64,000 bases of DNA, taken from contig MEOA01000015.1 in NCBI GenBank assembly GCA_001768515.1, forward strand, positions 6,226 to 70,225, read 5' to 3'. Of the stretch, positions 57,571 to 64,000 are shown piece after piece; position 1 is the stretch's first letter, and each line of letters begins with the position of its first letter. Under the pieces are notes generated by a model. The model did not search any database, had not been told where the DNA came from, and saw only the letters and a list, made by a program, of their open reading frames with translations. The position numbers were made by a program, and so were the translations under genes. Source of the DNA: Bacteroidetes bacterium GWE2_42_24. GTDB taxonomy: Bacteria; Bacteroidota; Bacteroidia; Bacteroidales; TTA-H9.

Positions 57571-57624
57571 AGATATAAGTATTTAAACCGACTGCTACAA
57601 ACCAGCCGGCTGGTTAAGAGGGTG

Positions 57625-57632
57625 CAAAAGTA
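57625..57632 (-). promoter_or_regulatory. -7 promoter box TACTTTTG upstream of thrS
   Basis: The minus strand reads TACTTTTGCACC, the same extended box as the tRNA-Glu promoter. It lies 55 nt upstream of the thrS ATG. Confidence 0.45.
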
Positions 57633-57687
57633 ATGAAATATCTACACATGCCTTCTGTGGGACTGTAAAATACAATCCACAGGCCTT

Positions 57688-58140
57688 TCAGCAGCCAATT
57701 CCCATTTGCTGAAGTAATTCAACGGCATCGTATACACATGGGATACATACTGCGGCAGTAAGCCCCTGATCGGCTACCGCTTCGCGGCCTTCCTGTGTGT
57801 TAAGGTTTTGCCCTAAAAGTTCACTGCAGGAGGTGGCGTGGTGTTTTTCAGAGAACTGCAGGGTGATCTGTTGTATTAGTTCCCGTGCCTTCGCTTTGCG
57901 GGTCGCTTCATCGGTAACAGTCGTACTGCAATGTAGTCCAATGACCATATAGGCACCCGTTAAAGCACCACAGGTTAGTTGTAGTCTGCCCATACCACCT
58001 CCGAAACCAGAAGCGATGTTGATGGCTTGCCGGTTGTCTTCTGAAATAAGTTCTTCAAATGTACCCAATACCGATTGGGCACAGTTATATCCTGATTTTA
58101 ACATTTGAAGGGCATTCGAAGCTCTGTCGTGATTTATCAT
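57688..58140 (-). CDS. C_GCAxxG_C_C family (putative redox-active) protein
   Basis: 150 aa with YNCAQSVL, LTCGALTGAYMVIG and the later Cys residues (..TSCSELL.., ..CIPCVYD..) in the family order. Confidence 0.7.
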   Translation of the reverse strand: MINHDRASNALQMLKSGYNCAQSVLGTFEELISEDNRQAINIASGFGGGMGRLQLTCGALTGAYMVIGLHCSTTVTDEATRKAKARELIQQITLQFSEKHHATSCSELLGQNLNTQEGREAVADQGLTAAVCIPCVYDAVELLQQMGIGC

Positions 58141-58152
58141 GGGTGGTTTCTA

Positions 58153-59445
58153 TTATTTTGTATTAGTAGTTTTGTTTCCCAGCCAATCATTCAGGGTGTC
58201 CAGAACTTTCTTTTTTGGTTCACTGCTCAATGTCCCGATTCGTGTTCCATGACAGCCTCCCGGTGCAATGATGCGAAGGGCATTGGTCGCCGTCGACGGC
58301 AGGGCGGCTGAGGCACACCAAGGGTCGTTGCCCCCGTATATATAGATGATGTTGTTACCTTCCAGCGCAATGAAATCACGCACACGCTGAAGTGTGAGGG
58401 GATTAAACTTGTAATGCGGTCCTTTGGGGGCCATGATACTGTTGCTGATGTAACCGTTTTTGATGGAGAGCAAATCACCTACGCCGGTGGTGTCGTAACC
58501 ATAATAACCAATTTCAGTGTAGGCCTGATAGAAGAAAGCCTGTGTTCCATCCATCCCCGGGTGGGTGAAGTTGTCAAGGCCAACCGTGGCTGTGAGATGC
58601 ATGTATAGCTCACGGGGTGTGGCTGATGCTCCTGGTATGTTTTCAGGCTTATTGCACCATTGCCAGTAACTGAACGGGTATTCCAGTACCATATAATCCA
58701 ACGTACTGTCAGGACTCATTGCCCATGTGTATTGACGCTTCCCGGCCTGATTCTTTAACAGGTCAAGCACCGCCGAACGTTGCTTCAATACATTCCGCTG
58801 AAAAGTGGTGATCTTACTACGGGTGATCGAATCGCCCACCTGTTTCAGGAACCAGATTTCGCGGGGATCTTCCTGAGCGATATTGTAGGGCGCTACGTAT
58901 GCTACTGTAGCATCGGCATCGTTGGGGTAAAACGTGCGGTGGTAAACGGCTGTCTGGCCGCCTTTGCTGATGCCGGTGGTGATCCATTTGCCCTTATAGA
59001 TGGTTTTCAGCAATTCGATAACATGATGATGGTCAGCGGCTGCATTTTCAACGGTAAGGTAATCCCATGGCTGCCCTTCGGGTTTGGATCCTGAAAAGTA
59101 TCTGTGTTCTACAACCAGTTGATTACTTTGGAGTATGTTTGCCAGCTCTTCCTCAAAAAAGGTATTGTTGGCGTAATCGGCCGAATATCCTTCAGTGGTC
59201 ATCACCATGGGTTTGCTGAAACCCCGATGCGAAAGGAAAGCCCGTTGTGTGAAAGTCCCTTTCTCAGGATGACGATGATCGAGGGGCTGGGTGATTGTGA
59301 GGATGTATGATTCGGTGAAACCGGGAGCAGCAGCTTTGGTTTCAACCTTTACACCGGGTAGGGCGTTCAGTTGCTCCTGCAACGTCTCACTGATAACGGT
59401 GAGTGCGCTTGAGAGGAATAGCATAAGAAGAAGTCTGGCTTTCAT
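58153..59445 (-). CDS. Secreted alpha/beta-hydrolase serine peptidase, S28/S37-like (Pro-directed / tripeptidyl aminopeptidase families)
   Basis: Signal peptide MKARLLLMLFLSSALTVIS. N-terminal block ITQPLDHRHPEKGTFTQRAFLSH..PMVMTTEGY and nucleophile elbow GISKGG. Confidence 0.55.
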   Translation of the reverse strand: MKARLLLMLFLSSALTVISETLQEQLNALPGVKVETKAAAPGFTESYILTITQPLDHRHPEKGTFTQRAFLSHRGFSKPMVMTTEGYSADYANNTFFEEELANILQSNQLVVEHRYFSGSKPEGQPWDYLTVENAAADHHHVIELLKTIYKGKWITTGISKGGQTAVYHRTFYPNDADATVAYVAPYNIAQEDPREIWFLKQVGDSITRSKITTFQRNVLKQRSAVLDLLKNQAGKRQYTWAMSPDSTLDYMVLEYPFSYWQWCNKPENIPGASATPRELYMHLTATVGLDNFTHPGMDGTQAFFYQAYTEIGYYGYDTTGVGDLLSIKNGYISNSIMAPKGPHYKFNPLTLQRVRDFIALEGNNIIYIYGGNDPWCASAALPSTATNALRIIAPGGCHGTRIGTLSSEPKKKVLDTLNDWLGNKTTNTK

Positions 59446-59481
59446 ACTGTAGTATTTGAGTTGTTATTTATTTCGTTTTTA

Positions 59482-60450
59482 CTATCCGAACAGATGCCCT
59501 GCTTGCAGCAGGGAGACATTCAGGGTTACCGACATGGTTATAATATCAGAACCGGACGAGTTATCCGTTTCAGTAATGGCGACCAACGATTGGTATCCAA
59601 ACAGACTCCTGATGATGAATGTGGCTTCCCGGGGCTGTTTAAGGGCGGCCAGGGAAGCGACTCTTGTACACGATGCTGCTGCGCCGGGTGAGTGGTTAAT
59701 GGTTCCCTGAGGGGTTGCAGTGGCTTGTATGGGAAAGGCGTTATCTGTTCCGGTGAAAACAACGGCTGATGGTATCGCCTCTTGCATTGTAAAGGGGTTT
59801 ATCTGCTTCAGATTGATTGCGGCTGCCCGCAATATCCATTGGCCGTAATCCTCCATCCTTCGCAGCATCGTCTTTTCATGGCTTAACGTGATACCCAAGG
59901 TGTCAGCTGCTGTAAGAAGATAAAATTCACCGGCAAAAACAATGTCAAATTTCACCAGCCCTATACCCGGAACACCTGTCTCCTGACCAGTAGCCACAGT
60001 TTTAACCGGGATGTTCATGAGTTTACATTCGAAATCGTAACCTGTCAATGGAGTAACCATACATTGAATCGAAGCGGCTGGTGTGTTGTATGAGTAGCTG
60101 CCTGCATTGGTTGCGCCGCTTTGCAGATAACGCCTGACAGATAGAGCTGCCATACCATCCAATGATAATCCTGTGTTCAGTCCGTAAGATTCATTTATAA
60201 GATCAATGATCCTGCTGTTATCTCCACTTCTTTTGGTGAAAAGCATCGTTTGATCTGGGCTTAATTGAAGTTTGTCCAGTCGGTCTTTTGCTAGGTCTGC
60301 CAACCGTTCCGTTGCGATTCCCATCTCTGTCTGATCTGCTTTAACTAAATCAGGCAGGGTCGTGATGATTACGGGCTGCCCGGCTACAGTGAAGCTATAC
60401 ACTTCCGGAAGTGTAAGCGAAGATTGGTAACCGGGATTAGAAGTATACAT
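59482..60450 (-). CDS. Divergent proline racemase / hydroxyproline epimerase-fold protein lacking both catalytic cysteines
   Basis: Family blocks are recognisable. SFTVAGQPVIITTLPDL aligns to IDSHTGGEPTRxVxGGxPDL, and VPGIGLVKFDIVFAGEFYLL to VPGxGxVxxDIAxGGxFFxxV. HSPGAAASCTRVASLAA replaces DRSPCGTGTSAKLAxLxA, and GLSLDGMAAL replaces GYLxMCGHGTIG. No signal peptide. Confidence 0.55.
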   Translation of the reverse strand: MYTSNPGYQSSLTLPEVYSFTVAGQPVIITTLPDLVKADQTEMGIATERLADLAKDRLDKLQLSPDQTMLFTKRSGDNSRIIDLINESYGLNTGLSLDGMAALSVRRYLQSGATNAGSYSYNTPAASIQCMVTPLTGYDFECKLMNIPVKTVATGQETGVPGIGLVKFDIVFAGEFYLLTAADTLGITLSHEKTMLRRMEDYGQWILRAAAINLKQINPFTMQEAIPSAVVFTGTDNAFPIQATATPQGTINHSPGAAASCTRVASLAALKQPREATFIIRSLFGYQSLVAITETDNSSGSDIITMSVTLNVSLLQAGHLFG

Positions 60451-60508
60451 GATACGAGGTTGGTTTATTGTGGATTGAGTGAACCATGGTGAAGGCAGGT
60501 GTCAGGAG

Positions 60509-60516
60509 CAAAGGTA
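60509..60516 (-). promoter_or_regulatory. -7 promoter box TACCTTTG upstream of the racemase-fold gene
   Basis: The minus strand has an exact TAnnTTTG match 58 nt upstream of the ATG at 60450. Confidence 0.35.
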
Positions 60517-60833
60517 AAAAAGGTGATTCAATTGAACCATGTTAAAATAAACTGATTTCTTATTTCGCTCAGCTATCTGTTGCCTTTCGCTGTCTGCCGA
60601 TGAAACGCTTCTTTGCTAAAACAGTTAAAAATATCTTTGGCCTTTTGTCCTGACGAATCACGGCATCGGATTGATTATTCTCCGGCAATGGCAAATAACA
60701 CCAGCAATTCAGCATAGCAATCTCTTCGCTGGTCTGTGTATTGTTTAGCCGATGTATATCTGAGACTATTAACCCCGTAGGATATGGGCTTTTCTCACGT
60801 CATTGAAGTAAAAGCTCCTCATGTAACACCCTA

Positions 60834-63200
60834 TTAGCAATCGCTGTGTTCCGTCCTTCGGATGATTTCATCCTGAAGGTCTTCACCCAGATCGTTGAAG
60901 TAATCGCTGTAGCCTGCAACACGAACAATAAGATCCCGGTATTTCTCCGGATGTTTTTGTGCATCACGCAGTGTATCGGCATTTACTACGTTAAACTGAA
61001 TGTGGTGCCCGTCCATCCGAAAGTAGCTGCGGATGAGTGCCGTTAGTTTGCCGTAGCTTTCGTTGTCGTCGAAGAATGAGGGAGTGAACTTCTGGTTTAG
61101 CAAGGTCCCTCCGGTTTTGATGTGATCAATCTTTGCCGCCGATTTTAAAACGGCAGTTGGACCACAATGGTCGGCTCCCTGTACAGGACTGATTCCTTCT
61201 GATAGTGGGATGCCTGACAACCTTCCGTCAGGGGTAGCTCCTGTTACCTGACCGAAATAGATATGGCAGGTTGTGGGCAGCATGTTGATGCGGTAAGTAG
61301 CGCCACGTGGTGATTGCCTTCCATCCACAGCCTTGAAGAAGAGATTGAATATCCCGATGGCATGCCTGTCGGCGGTGTCATCGTCGTTACCCCATTTCGG
61401 AGTATTGAAAACCAACTCTTTTCTGAGTTCCTGATAATCCTGAAAATTACTGTCAAGCGCCTGGATCATTCCTTTCATCGTAATTGTCTGCTGATCATAA
61501 ACATGTTGTTTAATTGCGGTCAGGCTGTCGGTCAGACTACCTAATCCAACACCCTGGATGTAGGAACTGTTGTAGCGGGTGCCTCCGGCATTGTAATCAC
61601 ACCCGTTGGCTATGCAGTCGTCGATAAGCAGCGAAAGAAAAGGAACCGGCAGGTTAATGGCAAAGAGCTTTTCAATCACATTGTTGCCTCTGATCTTGAT
61701 GTCAACGAAATAGTTAACCTGTTTCTCAAAGGCCTCCATCATAAGGTTAAACGTACTGAATTTATCCGCCTCACCTGTGTGAAGGCCAACCTGTCTTCCG
61801 GTGCGGGGATCAAAGCCGTCATGGAGGGTTAACTCAAAAATTTTTGTCAGGTTAAAATAACCGGTCAGTATGTAGGCTTCGGTACCAAAGGCACCACTTT
61901 CAACACAACCCGAAGCCCCGCCGTTACGGGCATCTTCAGGTGTTTTTCCTTGTCGCATCAGTTCCTGAACGATGGCATCGGTGTTGAAGATGCTGGGTTG
62001 CCCAAATCCTGTCCTGATAATATTGAGTGTTTTGTGGATGAAACGATCCGGGTTTTTTTTGCTTACCTGTATCATGCTGCTTGGCTGTAGCAGCCTCATT
62101 TCCTGAATTACTTCGAGCAACAGGTAGGTCATTTCGTTTACAGCGTCAGAGCCGTCCTCTTTTACACCACCTAAGTTGATGAGTGAGAAATCGGTATAGG
62201 TGTTGCTCTCGAGTGCAGTGACGCCAATCTTGGGCGGCGCCGGATGGTTATTGAACTTAATCCAGAAACAATGAAGCAGTTCACGGGCCTCTTCTTTCGT
62301 GAGGCGCCCTGATGCAAGGTCTTGCTGATAAAAGGGGAGGAGGTGCTGATCGAGTCGTCCCGGATTAAATGAGTCCCAGGGGTTGAGTTCGGTGATCACC
62401 CCCAGATGAATGAACCAGTAATGCTGAAGGGCTTCATGAAGGGTTTCGGGTTTATGGGCTGGAACTCGTCGGCAGACTGCTGCCATCTGCTCAAGTTCTT
62501 TCTTTCGCTTATCGTCAGTTTCTGCTTGTGCCAGCTGCACCAATTCTTCGGCATGCCTTTCGCTGTAACGAATCAAAGCACTGGCAGCGAGTTCCATGCC
62601 TGCGAGTTCTTCCTGCTTTTCAAAGGCCTGCGGGTCGTTGAAAAAGTCGAGCGAAGCACGACTTTTTTCGATGTCGTCGATGATGTCGAGCAGCCCCTTG
62701 CTCCACATCTTTTTTCCAAGTACCGTGTGCCCGGGTGCCCGTTGCTCCTGAAATTCGGTGAAGATACCTGCATCGTAGGCTGCCTTCCATTCGCTGGTCA
62801 TGTTTCCCATCATTTTATCACGATGTGTCTTGCCCTGCCAGAACGGGATAATGACGTCGCGATATGCCTCACGTACGGCCTCATCTGATTTAAAGGAGAC
62901 TTTCGCGCGATTGTGCAATACGTCGAGGTCTTCGAGCGAGTGAAGTGTCACTTCGGGGTAAGTGGAGGTTGCTTTTGGTGCAGGTCCCCGTTCTCCGACA
63001 ATCAACTCTCCCGGATTGATGCAGATTGTTTTGTTGTTGAGCAGGTACATGAGGCAGCGGCCCCTTCTGACGGGAGCCGAAACTTCCCGCGCTGCATCAC
63101 TTTGGTGAAAACGGGTAACTATTAACGCTCTTTCCGCGCTGATACAATTGATGGCGTCCAGACTCTGACGGCGGAGTTTATTTACACGTTCGGTGATCAT
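60834..63200 (-). CDS. hypD: Glycyl radical enzyme, PFL2/dehydratase class; probable trans-4-hydroxy-L-proline dehydratase
   Basis: 788 aa. Glycyl radical motif IVRVAGYSDYF (G763) and Cys loop GGASGCVES (C432, E434). H158, D276, S332, F338, Y448 and T643 sit at a constant -2 offset from the HypD active-site residues I recall. Confidence 0.65.
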   Translation of the reverse strand: MITERVNKLRRQSLDAINCISAERALIVTRFHQSDAAREVSAPVRRGRCLMYLLNNKTICINPGELIVGERGPAPKATSTYPEVTLHSLEDLDVLHNRAKVSFKSDEAVREAYRDVIIPFWQGKTHRDKMMGNMTSEWKAAYDAGIFTEFQEQRAPGHTVLGKKMWSKGLLDIIDDIEKSRASLDFFNDPQAFEKQEELAGMELAASALIRYSERHAEELVQLAQAETDDKRKKELEQMAAVCRRVPAHKPETLHEALQHYWFIHLGVITELNPWDSFNPGRLDQHLLPFYQQDLASGRLTKEEARELLHCFWIKFNNHPAPPKIGVTALESNTYTDFSLINLGGVKEDGSDAVNEMTYLLLEVIQEMRLLQPSSMIQVSKKNPDRFIHKTLNIIRTGFGQPSIFNTDAIVQELMRQGKTPEDARNGGASGCVESGAFGTEAYILTGYFNLTKIFELTLHDGFDPRTGRQVGLHTGEADKFSTFNLMMEAFEKQVNYFVDIKIRGNNVIEKLFAINLPVPFLSLLIDDCIANGCDYNAGGTRYNSSYIQGVGLGSLTDSLTAIKQHVYDQQTITMKGMIQALDSNFQDYQELRKELVFNTPKWGNDDDTADRHAIGIFNLFFKAVDGRQSPRGATYRINMLPTTCHIYFGQVTGATPDGRLSGIPLSEGISPVQGADHCGPTAVLKSAAKIDHIKTGGTLLNQKFTPSFFDDNESYGKLTALIRSYFRMDGHHIQFNVVNADTLRDAQKHPEKYRDLIVRVAGYSDYFNDLGEDLQDEIIRRTEHSDC

Positions 63201-63234
63201 GATGATTCAGTGTTTCTGATTTGGTTTGAAAAAT

Positions 63235-64000
63235 TTATCCTCCTTCCTTTACCCTGAAGCCTGCCGCTGAGAACAGGGAAAGGGCTTCACGGGTATTGGT
63301 GGTGGCTTGTTGGTTGGGTAGTTTGGGAGACGGTTGCAGCCCGAGTGCTTCGTATTTGTGTTGACCCAACCTGTGAAAAGGGAGGAAATCAACACGCTCG
63401 ACGGGCTGTCTGATGGTCTTAAGAAAATTGATTGTTTCGGTCAGCGATTTTAATCCATCGTTGACGCCTGGAATAAGCGGGATACGGATGATAAGCCTTA
63501 GCCCCGGTACATCAAGCGATACCAGATTTTTAAGGATTACATGGTTTGATTGTCCTGTTGTCTCATAATGACATTGGTCGTCAATTGATTTTATGTCGAA
63601 CAGGAGGAGGTCTGTCGTAGCTGCGACTTTTGAGAATACTTCACTGGTCGCAAAACCACTGGTGTCAACTGCTGTATTGATACCTTCTTCGTGGCACTGT
63701 TGTAGCATCTCCAGCAGAAAACCGTGTTGCATCAGCGGCTCTCCTCCCGAAAAGGTGACTCCGCCCTTGCTCTCTTCGAAATATAGCCTGTCGCGGATGA
63801 TTTCCCGCATCACTTCATCTGCCGTCATTTCTTTGCCAACAGTGCTGGCTAACCATTCTACACTGCCATCCAGTGTACGGCGTTTGTTAATGGTTCCGAT
63901 AGCCGATGTCTGGCTCTCAGGATTGTGGCACCAGAAACAACGCAACGGACAGCCTTTCAGGAAGACCGTAGTGCGTATGCCCGGGCCATCATGCACGGCG
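63235..64000 (-). CDS. Glycyl-radical enzyme activating protein (radical SAM), 5' end beyond the window
   Basis: ..HDGPGIRTTVFLKGCPLRCFWCHNPE (CX3CX2C) and SGGEPL. The first codon in the track is GTG inside a frame that stays open to the window edge. No additional Cys clusters are present. Confidence 0.85.
   Translation of the reverse strand, partial: AVHDGPGIRTTVFLKGCPLRCFWCHNPESQTSAIGTINKRRTLDGSVEWLASTVGKEMTADEVMREIIRDRLYFEESKGGVTFSGGEPLMQHGFLLEMLQQCHEEGINTAVDTSGFATSEVFSKVAATTDLLLFDIKSIDDQCHYETTGQSNHVILKNLVSLDVPGLRLIIRIPLIPGVNDGLKSLTETINFLKTIRQPVERVDFLPFHRLGQHKYEALGLQPSPKLPNQQATTNTREALSLFSAAGFRVKEGG

Noticed and set aside
1-64000. Looked for rRNA, tmRNA, RNase P RNA, SRP RNA, CRISPR arrays, transposases/integrases, toxin-antitoxin pairs and known defence-system genes.
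   Set aside because: I saw no signature sequences (for example GGTTCGAATCC other than in tRNA-Glu, or GAAAGTCC of RNase P). No ORF has matching motifs. By-eye scanning cannot exclude divergent ncRNAs.

Overview
This window is a 64 kb chromosomal segment from a Bacteroidota genome, probably an anaerobic Bacteroidia member. The evidence for that placement is a type IX secretion (T9SS) core set (PorV, two PorU-like genes, PorP/SprF, GldJ), type A and type B CTD cargo, a ParA-ParB-DUF5683 block, TAnnTTTG -7 promoter boxes, and a glycyl radical enzyme.

I call about 50 CDS, one tRNA-Glu, several hairpin terminators and promoter boxes, and a family of short dispersed intergenic repeats. I found no rRNA, CRISPR array, transposase, integrase or obvious defence system.

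Most genes are housekeeping:
- thrS-infC-rpmI-rplT, murF, anmK, dapD, tsaC, prmC, nusB, nth, mnmH, wecB
- Kef, NhaD and MFS transporters, and an ABC-F ATPase

The most interesting loci are:
1. 57.7-64.0 kb: a glycyl radical enzyme that lines up residue for residue with hydroxyproline dehydratase HypD. It sits next to a proline-racemase-fold protein that has lost both catalytic cysteines, a secreted S28/S37-like peptidase and a C_GCAxxG_C_C protein.
2. 26.4-34.3 kb: two tandem PorU (C25 sortase) paralogs of identical length, next to PorV and divergent from PorP/SprF-GldJ.
3. 9.7-15.7 kb: an orphan TPR-GAF histidine kinase translationally coupled to a Tudor-like small protein and a Cys-rich Qng1/DUF2419-like glycosidase-fold protein, followed by a DUF364 protein and a HEAT-repeat membrane protein.
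4. A REP-like intergenic word family, a 45-nt element present twice, and an ORF-free convergent gap carrying a 5 x 11 bp tandem repeat.

All protein calls rest on by-eye motif recognition. No database search or folding computation was possible.
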